Assembly (NCBI GenBank): GCA_019428855.1
Contig: JAHYJV010000001.1
Span: 14,885 to 78,884 of the forward strand
Direction of reading: 5' to 3'
DNA: 64,000 nt
DNA from: Patescibacteria group bacterium
GTDB taxonomy: Bacteria > Patescibacteriota > Minisyncoccia > JAHIHE01 > JAGLIN01
The notes under the pieces were generated by a model, which made no database searches, was not told the origin of the DNA, and saw only the letters and a program-made list of their open reading frames with translations. This document shows positions 40,131 through 49,316 of the stretch, one piece after another. Within the stretch, counting starts at the first letter, position 1; every line of letters begins with the position of its first letter. The translations under genes were made by a program, and so were the position numbers.

Positions 40131-41540
40131 TTATTTTTTTCTAAGCCTAGTTTCTTTTGAGGTGTCTTTGACAGTGAAACCTTTCATTTCAATCTCTGTT
40201 CGTAATTTATCTGAGAGATCCCAATTTTTGTTTTCTCTGGCTTTATTTCTTCGATTCACTAAGTTACTAATTTCTTGAGGAATATTTTCTTCCGGAGAAA
40301 TATTGTTTAATTCAAATCCAAAAACTTCATCAAATTTTAGCAATGTAGCTTTTTTGTCTTCCGTGTTGAAATTTTTTGACTTTATCATTTCCCAGGTGAT
40401 TGCTAATGCTTTTGGGCTGTCTAAATTATTTTCTAAAGCTTCTTTAAACCTTGTTTCGTAGTCCGCAATAATTTTACCATTATTATTTTTGCAAGATTTC
40501 AAGAAGGTGTAAATCTTATTCAGAGTAGTTTGATTTGCCTCGAGGCTTTTCCAAGTAAAATTTAACTTAGATTGATAGTGGGCAGTTAAAAACAAATATC
40601 TAAGTGATAGGGGATGAAAACCTTTTTCTTTCAATTCTTGCAAAGAATAAGAAGTTCCTTCTGATTTGGCCATTTTTTTATTATCCACGAGGAGATGTTC
40701 ATTGTGAAGCCAATAATTTGCAAATGTCACACCGTTTGCGCTTTCACTTTGAGCAATTTCGTTCGTATGGTGGACGGGAATATGTTCAATACCTCCCATA
40801 TGTATATCAAGTGTATTTCCAAGATATGTTTTGCTCATCACGGAACATTCAATGTGCCACCCAGGAAAACCATTTCCGTTTTCAACAAGTTTGGATGTGA
40901 AAGGGGACGACCAAAATTGTAAAGCATGCTGGTGTTTTCCGGCTTTGAAAAACCAGAGGGCAAAATCGGAGGAATGTTTTTTTTGCGGGTCGCTTATTTC
41001 ACTTTTCCCAGCACCTTGAATGTTTTCTTCCATAATTTGTCCTGATAATTTTGTATAGTTTTTTACTTTTGACACCTCAAAATATATAGCTAAATCTGTT
41101 GTGTAGGCATACTTTTTTTCAATCAAGGTTTGAACCATTTTAATTATTGCGTTGATGTGTTGAGTGACTCGTGGCTTAACTGTTGGCTCAAGCAGGTTTA
41201 ATTCTTTTGTATCTTGTTCAAAAATGGCAATATATTTCTTGGCAATTTCTTCAGGACTTGTGCCTTCTCGGCGAACTCCTTTTTCCATTTTGTCCTCACC
41301 TTCATCGCCGTCAGATGTGAGATGTCCTACGTCGGTATAGTTTCTGACATGCGTTACTGCATAGCCGAGATATTTAAATGTTCTCACAGCAAGGTCAGCA
41401 CAAAACATTCCTCGTAAATTTCCGATATGCTGAGTCCAATAAACGGTGGGTCCACAATGATAAAGCTTAATTTTTTCTTTCTCTATTGGCTCAAATTCAC
41501 GCATACTCTTTGAGAGGGTATCATAAAGTTTAATTGTCAT
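40131..41540 (-). CDS. cysS: Cysteinyl-tRNA synthetase
   Basis: HIGH (HIGN) after CGPTVY, and KMSKS (KMAKS). Confidence 0.9.
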   Translation of the reverse strand: MTIKLYDTLSKSMREFEPIEKEKIKLYHCGPTVYWTQHIGNLRGMFCADLAVRTFKYLGYAVTHVRNYTDVGHLTSDGDEGEDKMEKGVRREGTSPEEIAKKYIAIFEQDTKELNLLEPTVKPRVTQHINAIIKMVQTLIEKKYAYTTDLAIYFEVSKVKNYTKLSGQIMEENIQGAGKSEISDPQKKHSSDFALWFFKAGKHQHALQFWSSPFTSKLVENGNGFPGWHIECSVMSKTYLGNTLDIHMGGIEHIPVHHTNEIAQSESANGVTFANYWLHNEHLLVDNKKMAKSEGTSYSLQELKEKGFHPLSLRYLFLTAHYQSKLNFTWKSLEANQTTLNKIYTFLKSCKNNNGKIIADYETRFKEALENNLDSPKALAITWEMIKSKNFNTEDKKATLLKFDEVFGFELNNISPEENIPQEISNLVNRRNKARENKNWDLSDKLRTEIEMKGFTVKDTSKETRLRKK

Positions 41541-41609
41541 ATTATATATTTGGTTAATATTATCTAGTATTTAAATTATTGCATAATTTCGGAAAAATGC
41601 AAATAAAAA

Positions 41610-41716
41610 GGCTCTACACTAATTAGTGTGGTTGATAACTAAAGAAGTGGTAGAACGATATTGATAAATTAACAATTCATGTCACTCCTTTGAAAAATGT
41701 AATCAAAAACTCGTTT
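41610..41716 (+). repeat. Conserved intergenic module R1-R2, copy 1, containing the perfect 14-bp palindrome ACACTAATTAGTGT
   Basis: GGCTCTACACTAATTAGTGTGG...GTGGTAGAA..ATATTGATAAATTAA..CACTCCTTTGAAAAATGTAATCAAAAACTCGTTT. Homologous copies lie at 43257-43504 and 59698-59803. Confidence 0.55.
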
Positions 41717-41928
41717 AAAATTTCATCATAGGTGGCGGTAAAAGCCGAGAAGTCCCTATTAATCGCACTAAGTCTTATCAAACATCAATTCCGAGCTATA
41801 AACGATTCCTTTATGCAGTTTTACTATTATTGGAATGACAGTTAAAAATTATTATATTTTAATCATCATCTGTTTTGAAAAAAGCTAATAAAAAACAGCC
41901 TATTGGCGTTTAATTTAGCGGGAGAGTA

Positions 41929-41988
41929 GGGTAGCTGTAGCAACGAACTCCAGCTACCCCATGTGTTCCTTTTTCGGAACATTTTTTA
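41929..41988 (+). terminator. Two consecutive hairpins plus a T-run (GGGTAGCTG..CAGCTACCC; TGTTCC-TTTTT-GGAACA-TTTTTT), an orphan terminator or small RNA 3' end
   Basis: Read directly. Neither flanking gene is on the plus strand. Confidence 0.3.
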
Positions 41989-42264
41989 TTACATTAAATA
42001 TATCAATTAACTATAATAATGTCAATAGCACAAATATGGTGACAAATAAAAGGAAAAATATACTTATCCACATTTTACAGAAAAGTGAATTGGTGCGGTG
42101 TACTGAATATTGAAATACAAAATTTAGATTAAATATCTAAATTTAGCGTGGTTAGTTTTTTTCAAAGCCCATCTTTACATTATAATATTTTTTTAAAAAA
42201 CAAAAAAACTTGTAGCTAAGGATTTTTGTTTATACAAACTTTAAGATTTTGATTATTGCTAGTG

Positions 42265-43182
42265 TTATAACCATGTTTTGAATTTGAAATAAACAAATGA
42301 AATTGAAGTTACGAACATCATGAAAAATATTACAGTCCAAAATCCGTATGGTTGATTTTCAAAAGGCATCCCGTTAGTGACATTCATGCCGAAGACATTG
42401 GCTATGAGTGAGAGGGGAAGCATAATAACGGAAAATGCGGTCAAAATCTTCATGGTATTGTTTAATTTATAAGACAAAAGGGATTCGTTAGTATGCTCTA
42501 GGGCTTCAATCATTTCTTTGTGATTTTCTAAAGTATTCCATACTTTGATGTTTGAACCGATTACTTCGGTGGAAAGTCTGGTTAAATTCGAATCAGAAAT
42601 TTTTGTAATATTTCGAGAAAGAATTTCAAGAACCATTCTCTGTGGTTTCATTATTCTTCTGAAACTGATGATATCGTGTTTGACAATGGCAATTTCACTA
42701 ACCATCTTTCTTTCATCTCCATTAAAAATTCCATCCTCGACATTACTAATATGATCATCAATGTGATCAAGCATAGGCATTCTGGTATCAATTAGTTTGT
42801 CTAATATTTTAAAGATAAGTTCTCCAGCATTATTTTTCAGATAGTAGTTTTTTGCCAGTTCATGAGCATTGCATTTTTCATATATTTTTTTGAGTTCAGG
42901 TAAAGACCCATTGTGACTAGTGATGAGAGTATCATTGAATAAAAGTATATCAAGTTCTGTTGCAGTTGTTTTTCTAATTTTCCTATTAAAAACTGGAAAA
43001 TGGATGACGATAAAAAAATAATCCTTGTAAATTTCAACTTTAGGTCTCTTTATTTTTGGGACATATTCTCTGAGGATTGATGGACAAATATTAAAATCAC
43101 GTTTCAAATATTCTACAGTATTTTTATTTGGATTTTCAATGTCAATCCATTTTACTTTACCATTTTGGATTTCTTGTTGCAT
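42265..43182 (-). CDS. corA: CorA-family Mg2+/Co2+ transporter
   Basis: GMN signature (FGMNVTNGMPFEN) followed by two C-terminal TM helices. Confidence 0.8.
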   Translation of the reverse strand: MQQEIQNGKVKWIDIENPNKNTVEYLKRDFNICPSILREYVPKIKRPKVEIYKDYFFIVIHFPVFNRKIRKTTATELDILLFNDTLITSHNGSLPELKKIYEKCNAHELAKNYYLKNNAGELIFKILDKLIDTRMPMLDHIDDHISNVEDGIFNGDERKMVSEIAIVKHDIISFRRIMKPQRMVLEILSRNITKISDSNLTRLSTEVIGSNIKVWNTLENHKEMIEALEHTNESLLSYKLNNTMKILTAFSVIMLPLSLIANVFGMNVTNGMPFENQPYGFWTVIFFMMFVTSISFVYFKFKTWL

Positions 43183-43256
43183 ATATTATTTTAATAAAAA
43201 ATTTAAGATCATTATCGTTATTATACAGTTTTTTAAAACGATTGACAAATAATTTG

Positions 43257-43504
43257 GGCTCTACACTAATAATTGTGGTGAAAAGCTAAAGAAGTGGTAG
43301 AATTATATTGATAAATTATTTTTAAATTACAAAATTCAACATACTTGTCACCCTGAGCCTGTCGAAGGGTTGAAGTTACAAGAAATATTATCAATCAATA
43401 TGAATTTACTTCGACAAGCTCACCATGACAAATTTAGCTATTTCGTAATTCAAAAGAATAAACAATACACCACTCCTTAGAAAAATGATATCAAAAAACT
43501 GTTT
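43257..43504 (+). repeat. R1-R2 module, copy 2, split by the insertion of MITE copy B
   Basis: R1 (43257-43318) and R2 (43471-43504) are contiguous in copy 1 but separated here by about 150 bp carrying the MITE. Confidence 0.55.
43322..43454. mobile_element. MITE copy B (variant 1)
   Basis: AAATTACAAAATTCAACATACTTGTCACCCTGAGCCTGTCGAAGG...CTTCGACAAGCTCACCATGACAAATTTAGCTATTTCGTAATTCAAAAG is about 85% identical to copy A. Confidence 0.55.
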
Positions 43505-43571
43505 TTATATATCAAGTATTTGCTTTTCTCTCAAGCCCCTTGACGCATTTTCTAAAACTATTATAATGTAA

Positions 43572-43598
43572 TTAGCACTCTCGTAGTGCAAGTGCTAA
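43572..43598 (+). promoter_or_regulatory. CIRCE operator (TTAGCACTC-N9-AAGTGCTAA) upstream of hrcA
   Basis: Matches the CIRCE consensus TTAGCACTC-N9-GAGTGCTAA at 17 of 18 positions. Confidence 0.8.
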
Positions 43599-43614
43599 TC
43601 GGTCTAGAATAATT

Positions 43615-44358
43615 ATGGAAAGTCGGCAAGAAATTATATTGACTGCAATTATAAAGGAATATGTAAGTTCTGCAATTCCTGTCGGATCTTCGTTGATATT
43701 TGAAAAGTATAATTTGAATGTTAGCTCGGCTACGATTCGAGCGGAAATGATGGAGCTGGAAAATTGTGGATATCTGTATCAGCCCTATACTTCCGCAGGA
43801 AGAATTCCGACTGATCAAGGATTTCGATATTTTGTGGATGAGTTGATGAAGGATAAAAAATTGACGCAAAAAGAGCAAAATTCTTTGCAGGTTGAAGTGC
43901 TGAAATTGAAAGCACAAAATAGGATGCTTGCTCGGACGACTGCGAAGTTACTTTCTCAGATGTCTGATAATCTGGCTGTGAGTGGTGTGATTGGCTCGGA
44001 TGATTTTCAAAAGGCTGGATTACAAAGACTTTTTTCCAAACCAGAGTTTCAAAATTCAGACAGTGTTTGTCGAGTTGCCGAAGTGCTTGATTATATCGAT
44101 GAGAGTATAGATGCTCTTTCGAATGAATTGAAAAATAAATCAGAAGTGGAAGTTTATATCGGCAAAGAAAATCCAATTTGTGCCGTGGATGAATGTAGTA
44201 TGGTTATTTCAAAATATTCGTTGGAAAGTGGTGAAGAGGGACTGCTGGCGATTATTGGTCCGAAGAGGATGAAATATTCCCATAATGTTTCTTTGATTGA
44301 TTATTTGAAAAAGCTACTGAGTGGAGGAGTTATGATAATTTTGATAATTTTGGTCTAG
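43615..44358 (+). CDS. hrcA: Heat-inducible transcription repressor HrcA
   Basis: N-terminal wHTH (ILTAIIKEYVSSAIPVGSSLI) and a position preceding grpE. Short form, 247 aa. Confidence 0.85.
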   Translation: MESRQEIILTAIIKEYVSSAIPVGSSLIFEKYNLNVSSATIRAEMMELENCGYLYQPYTSAGRIPTDQGFRYFVDELMKDKKLTQKEQNSLQVEVLKLKAQNRMLARTTAKLLSQMSDNLAVSGVIGSDDFQKAGLQRLFSKPEFQNSDSVCRVAEVLDYIDESIDALSNELKNKSEVEVYIGKENPICAVDECSMVISKYSLESGEEGLLAIIGPKRMKYSHNVSLIDYLKKLLSGGVMIILIILV

Positions 44359-44392
44359 AATATTTAAATAATATAATCTTATAGTTTAAAAT

Positions 44393-44926
44393 ATGTCCAG
44401 CGAAAATAAAGAAAAAATGCAAAAAGAAAAGCAAAAAATATCTTCAAAAAAAGTTAATAAAGAAGTTGAAGAATATAAAAAAAAGGCGGAAGACAATTTG
44501 ATTTGTTGGCAGAGAACACAGGCTGATTTTCTCAATTATAAAAAAGATCAAGAGAAATATTTGGGCGAGTTTCGAAAGTATGCCAATGAAGATATTATTC
44601 TGAGCCTACTTCCAACAATTGACAGTTTTGTACTTGCGACTAATTATTTGCCAGATGATTTGAAGGATTCTGATTGGGTGAAAGGGATTTTGTGCATTAA
44701 GGGACAGTTTGATGGATTTTTGAAAGAAGTGGGAGTTGAGGAAATTAAATCCATGGGAGAAAAGTTTGATCCAAATTTGTTTGAATCGGTTGGCGAAGAA
44801 GAGTCAGACGAAGAAGAGGGAACAGTGGTTGTGGAAATTCAAAAAGGGTATAAGATGGCAGAAAAAGTGATTCGGCCGGCGAAAGTGAAAATTGCGAAGG
44901 GGAAAGAGGAGAAAGTGGAAAATTAA
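44393..44926 (+). CDS. grpE: Nucleotide exchange factor GrpE
   Basis: Coiled-coil N-terminus and a conserved C-terminal beta domain (DPNLFESVG...VVVEIQKGYK). Confidence 0.85.
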   Translation: MSSENKEKMQKEKQKISSKKVNKEVEEYKKKAEDNLICWQRTQADFLNYKKDQEKYLGEFRKYANEDIILSLLPTIDSFVLATNYLPDDLKDSDWVKGILCIKGQFDGFLKEVGVEEIKSMGEKFDPNLFESVGEEESDEEEGTVVVEIQKGYKMAEKVIRPAKVKIAKGKEEKVEN

Positions 44927-45333
44927 TTAGTTTGAATTAAGAAATATTAATTATCATTTCGTGGGAGTGATAACGATGAGAAATCTATCTATAAAATTAA
45001 GCTTACTCAGCCTACTTTCAGATTTCTCGATCATATCTCACTTCGAGATGACAGTGAATATATATTTTTTCAATAAAATAAAAAAAGACGAAAAGTTTTA
45101 TGTTTAACTTTCCGACTGCAACATTTATCCTTTTTTTGTTTTCCGTACCCAATTATAGGTGCAGTCAAGATTGCATGTAGTGCCATATAAATTGTACTTA
45201 TGACAATACTAAGAATAATAATGTTTGGTATTTCTATAAGTAAAATGTTTTCGGTAAAATGGAAAAAATAAAATATGTCAGATGATTAACAGAAAAAAGA
45301 AGCCTTAAATAATTTAATAAATAATAAAAAAAT

Positions 45334-45510
45334 ATGTCAAAACTTTACAAATGTGCAAAAGGGTGTGGGAGTATTGAAGAAAGTGATGCGAAAAAAATCC
45401 CTACTTGTTGTAATGAGCCAATGGTTGAAACAAATGAAGAAGAATTATTCAGTTGTCCAGGTTGCGCTGGTTGTCACACTGGATGTGGAAGTACAAAAGA
45501 AGAAGCATAA
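45334..45510 (+). CDS. Unannotated 58-aa cysteine-rich protein (8 Cys: CxxxC..CC..CxxCxxCxxxC), putative metal-binding
   Basis: MSKLYKCAKGCGSIEESDAKKIPTCCNEPMVETNEEELFSCPGCAGCHTGCGSTKEEA. Clean ATG-to-TAA ORF between grpE and hsp20; below the ORF-track length cutoff. Confidence 0.45.
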   Translation: MSKLYKCAKGCGSIEESDAKKIPTCCNEPMVETNEEELFSCPGCAGCHTGCGSTKEEA

Positions 45511-45567
45511 AGTCAATTGTTAATACTATGTTTTTTTTAATCCTTAAGCTAAAAGGAGGTGATAAAT

Positions 45568-45999
45568 ATGGATATTATAAAATGGAGTCCCTTTGGGGAG
45601 ATGGATAAATTTTTTGCGGCGGAAGACTTTTTCCCAGTAATTCCGGCATTGTCCCGCAAGTCAAAACCAGCGATGGATATCTATCAAACCAAAGATAGTA
45701 TCGTAGCTGAGGTTGCATTGGCAGGAATCGATCCAAAAGATGTGGAAGTCTTAGTGGAAAATGATGTGCTTACGGTCAGGGGAGAGACAAGGAAAGAAAA
45801 AGAAACCAAAGAAAAAGACTATTACTGTAAAGAAATTAGATCTGGAAGTTTTACTCGTGCGATGAGTTTGCCTGTTCATGTGAAAGCAGAAAGTGCTCAA
45901 GCAGAAAGTAAAGATGGAATATTAATGATTACAATCCCCAAGGATGAAAAGAAAATGCTCAAGAAAATTCCGATTAAGATAGCTAACAAGAATAAATAA
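45568..45999 (+). CDS. Hsp20/alpha-crystallin family small heat-shock protein
   Basis: Alpha-crystallin domain (MDIYQTKDSIVAEVALAGIDPKDVEVLVENDVLTVRGE). Start placed at the ATG 6 nt after the AAAGGAGGTG Shine-Dalgarno sequence; the track uses GTG at 45559. Confidence 0.85.
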   Translation: MDIIKWSPFGEMDKFFAAEDFFPVIPALSRKSKPAMDIYQTKDSIVAEVALAGIDPKDVEVLVENDVLTVRGETRKEKETKEKDYYCKEIRSGSFTRAMSLPVHVKAESAQAESKDGILMITIPKDEKKMLKKIPIKIANKNK

Positions 46000-46123
46000 A
46001 ATGAATGAATTTGGAAAATTAGGAGACCGACCAAGTGCCGGCTCTCCAGAAGATGAAGTTGTGAAAACAGTTTTATCTTTTGGGGAGTTTGATTAAATTT
46101 AAATAAATTAATAATAAAAAAAT

Positions 46124-48064
46124 ATGGGTAAAATACTAGGAATCGATCTTGGAACAACAAACTCTGCGATGGCAATTGTCGAAGCAGGGGAACCAAGAAT
46201 ATTAGAAAATAAAGAAGGAAACCGAACTACACCTTCAATCGTAGCTGTGAATAAATCTGGAGAAAGACTTGTGGGAGTTGTGGCGAAAAGACAATCCGTC
46301 ACAAATCCTGAAAATACGATTTTTTCCGTGAAGAGATTGATTGGCAGAGGATTTGAGGATGAAGAAGTTCAAAGAGATTTAAAATTATTGTCATACAAAA
46401 TTACCAAGTCAAACGGTGGTGTGACAGTGAAAATCGGTGATAAAGAGCACACCCCACAAGAAGTTTCCGCTATGATTTTGCAAAAGTTGAAAGCGGATGC
46501 GGAGGAAAAATTGGGTGAGAAAATTACGGAAGCGGTGATTACTGTCCCAGCATATTTCAATGATTCTCAACGACAAGCAACCAAAGATGCTGGTAAAATC
46601 GCTGGCCTTGAGGTGAAAAGAATTATCAACGAACCAACAGCCGCAGCTCTGGCTTATGGTTTTAATAAAAAGAAAGACGAAAAAATTGTGGTTTATGATT
46701 TGGGAGGGGGAACATTTGATGTTTCAGTTTTGGAAGTCGGAGATGATGTCGTGGATGTAAAAGCGACAAACGGAGACACGCACTTGGGTGGTGATGATTT
46801 TGATCAAAGAATTATTAGTTGGATTGTGGATGAATTTAAAAAAGATCAAGGTGTTGACCTTTCCCAAGATGTAATGGCCTTACAAAGATTAAAGGAGGCT
46901 GCTGAAAAAGCAAAACATGAACTTTCGACATCTGTTGATACAGAGATTAATCAGCCGTTTATTAGTGTCGATGAAAATGGTCCAAAGCATTTGAATTTGA
47001 AATTGACCAGAGCGAAACTGGAAGAGCTTGTTGATGATTTAGTACAAGGAACACTTGTGCCATGCAAAAAAGCTCTCGAGGATGCGAAATTAAGCGTGGT
47101 TGACATTAATGAAGTAATTTTAGTTGGTGGGATGACAAGGATGCCTATTATTCAAGAAACCGTAAAGAAATTTTTCGGAAAGGAACCACATAAGGGTATT
47201 AATCCTGATGAAGTCGTGGCTCTGGGAGCTGCAATTCAAGGTGGTGTTTTAGCAGGTGATGTAAAGGATGTTTTGCTTTTGGATGTGACTCCACTTTCAT
47301 TTGGAATCGAAACTCTTGGTGGAGTTTCTACAAAATTAATTGAAAGGAATACGACAATTCCAACGGCAAAGACTCAAATATTTTCAACCGCCGCAGATAA
47401 CCAGCCGTCAGTTGAAATTAATGTTATTCAAGGTGAAAGGGAAATGGCAGTTGATAATAAGTCTTTGGGAAGATTTATCTTGGACGGAATTCCACCTTCA
47501 CCAAGAGGATTGCCACAGATTGAGGTGACATTTGATATTGATGCAAACGGAATTTTAAATGTCAAAGCAAAAGACAAAGCCACGAACAAAGAACAGTCAA
47601 TACGAATTGAAGCTTCATCTGGGCTTTCCAAAGAAGAAATTGAAAAAATGACAAAGGATGCAGAGATTCATGCTGAAGATGATAAGAAAAAAAGAAAACA
47701 GAATGAAGTGAAAAATAGTGCCGATACACTTGTTTATTCTACGGAAAAACTTTTGCGAGATTCTGGAGATAAAATTAAGGAAGAAGACAAGAAATCAGTT
47801 GAAGAAAAGGTAGAGGCTTTAAAAAAAATTAAAGATGGTGAAGATTTTGAAGCTATTGAAAAAGCTTCAGAAGAGCTTTCGCTTGAAGCTCAGAAAATTG
47901 GAACTGCTATGTATCAACAGGCTCAAGAAAGCGTGGATGCCGAGAAGGCTAAAAAAGAAGAAGCTGATAAAGGTCCTGTAGAAGGGGAGTTTGAAGAAGT
48001 GCAAAATGAAGAGAAGAAAAGTGACGAGCAGACCAAAAAAGATGATGACAGTGAAAAGAAATAA
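46124..48064 (+). CDS. dnaK: Molecular chaperone DnaK
   Basis: [16 protein letters not shown], and a full Hsp70 architecture. Confidence 0.95.
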   Translation: MGKILGIDLGTTNSAMAIVEAGEPRILENKEGNRTTPSIVAVNKSGERLVGVVAKRQSVTNPENTIFSVKRLIGRGFEDEEVQRDLKLLSYKITKSNGGVTVKIGDKEHTPQEVSAMILQKLKADAEEKLGEKITEAVITVPAYFNDSQRQATKDAGKIAGLEVKRIINEPTAAALAYGFNKKKDEKIVVYDLGGGTFDVSVLEVGDDVVDVKATNGDTHLGGDDFDQRIISWIVDEFKKDQGVDLSQDVMALQRLKEAAEKAKHELSTSVDTEINQPFISVDENGPKHLNLKLTRAKLEELVDDLVQGTLVPCKKALEDAKLSVVDINEVILVGGMTRMPIIQETVKKFFGKEPHKGINPDEVVALGAAIQGGVLAGDVKDVLLLDVTPLSFGIETLGGVSTKLIERNTTIPTAKTQIFSTAADNQPSVEINVIQGEREMAVDNKSLGRFILDGIPPSPRGLPQIEVTFDIDANGILNVKAKDKATNKEQSIRIEASSGLSKEEIEKMTKDAEIHAEDDKKKRKQNEVKNSADTLVYSTEKLLRDSGDKIKEEDKKSVEEKVEALKKIKDGEDFEAIEKASEELSLEAQKIGTAMYQQAQESVDAEKAKKEEADKGPVEGEFEEVQNEEKKSDEQTKKDDDSEKK

Positions 48065-48119
48065 ATAATTCAATTGGCTCCATATTCTGCTGTGGAGTCT
48101 TTTGTGATTTAGTTTCAAA

Positions 48120-48153
48120 AAACAGCGACTGTCTTTGTCGTTGTTTTTTTGAT
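48120..48153 (+). terminator. Terminator after dnaK (ACAGCGAC-N7-GTCGTTGT + T-run)
   Basis: Read directly. Confidence 0.4.
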
Positions 48154-48220
48154 GAAAAAGTCTTGCTAAAGGTTTTATATTAAAATGTTGAAGTATATGT
48201 TTCCGTGGTGTTTAATACAT

Positions 48221-48391
48221 TTAATATAATATAAAATTTTTAATTGGTTCAAACCAACCTTCTCTTAAACCAGCTTTGATGAATCCAGCGAGAAGAAGAA
48301 AAACTAGCACTTGCATAAACCGATTAGCTGCTTTTGTTGGTAAAGGTTTGCCAACATAGGCTGAGGTGCTATTCCATTTGGACTTTGACAT
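48221..48391 (-). CDS. Possible 56-aa small membrane protein (MSKSKWNSTSAYVGKPLPTKAANRFMQVLVFLLLAGFIKAGLREGWFEPIKNFILY)
   Basis: ATG-to-TAA ORF below the track cutoff with a single TM segment. Confidence 0.3.
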   Translation of the reverse strand: MSKSKWNSTSAYVGKPLPTKAANRFMQVLVFLLLAGFIKAGLREGWFEPIKNFILY

Positions 48392-48962
48392 ATGGTTAGT
48401 AAGTTAGATTATTATATAATATTCATAGTAGACAAGTACCTTTACTTTACTGGAAAAAGGGAGAATTGACAAGAGTTATTTTTTATACTAAACTAATCGT
48501 AGTAATTTCCATTGAAATCTATATAAATAATGATAGATTAATGATGTGGAATAAAAGAGGGATAAAATGAGTAAAATAATAATAAAAGATAAAATTGAAG
48601 ATAATAGAAGAAAACGGAATCGCGCAGGCGATCCGTACCCAGAAGACCTTATTGCAAGGTCAAATAGGGAAGTAGTTTTATATATGGGGGATCGGCAATA
48701 AGTAAGAGAAGAAAGGGAATTATAAAGAAATTGAATATCAAAAAAAGATTATTCTGCTTATAGTTCTCTCTTCTTCTCTGAAAACTTTTTTAAACAGAAA
48801 ATCGCAGCTGTTGGCTGTTTTTTTTGTTTTGGTAAATTTTAGAATGGCAAATTATGGAGGAAACTGTGGATAGAGGTTATTTGTCAAAAAGTAAAAAAGG
48901 GAGCATACTAAAAGTTAAGAAAGGGTTGTTTTCTTATGTTAAATCAATAAATAGATAATTCT

Positions 48963-49316
48963 ATGAAAATACAACGAGCAAAAAATCCAAAGGCTCTTAC
49001 TGGTTTTGAGCAGATGCATTTGCCTTGGATTTCATTTCCTGAATTTATTAAGATTGGAGAGGAATTTGATTTGGTCGTGAAAATTGGAGAAGTTTCTCAT
49101 CCCATGACTAGTGAACATTATATCAGATGCATTCGGCTTTATATTAATGAAGAGCAATTTGAATGCCAGATTTTAAAAGACAAAAAGAAAGCACAAGCTG
49201 ATTTTAAAATTAAGCTTGAAAAGGATTCTACTATTACCGTTGTGACGGAATGTAATTTTCACGGAGCATGGGAAGCCAAGAAGAAAATTATTTTATATCG
49301 TGGAAACGGGGAATAG
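48963..49316 (+). CDS. Superoxide reductase (neelaredoxin/desulfoferrodoxin-type 1Fe-SOR)
   Basis: EQMHLP, HPMTSEHYIRCIRLY and CNFHGAWE match the SOR iron-site motifs (E..H.P, HP..EHHIR.IEL, CN.HG.WE). Confidence 0.75.
   Translation: MKIQRAKNPKALTGFEQMHLPWISFPEFIKIGEEFDLVVKIGEVSHPMTSEHYIRCIRLYINEEQFECQILKDKKKAQADFKIKLEKDSTITVVTECNFHGAWEAKKKIILYRGNGE

Noticed and set aside
37970-41417. Plus-strand ORFs within the recR, dnaB and cysS coding regions (37970-38152, 38246-38527, 38995-39576, 40604-41019, 41214-41417) and the minus ORF 38280-38465
   Set aside because: They are antisense to, or frame-shifted overlaps of, conserved housekeeping genes.
42545-44176. ORFs 42545-42754 +, 42837-43037 -, 43561-43917 - and 43730-44176 -
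   Set aside because: They are inside or antisense to the corA and hrcA coding regions. The 43561-43917 ORF also spans the CIRCE operator.
45897-48118. Minus and plus shadow ORFs around hsp20/dnaK (45897-46196, 46108-46302, 46369-46560, 47340-47528, 47428-47631, 47867-48118)
   Set aside because: Antisense or alternative-frame ORFs in a highly conserved chaperone gene.
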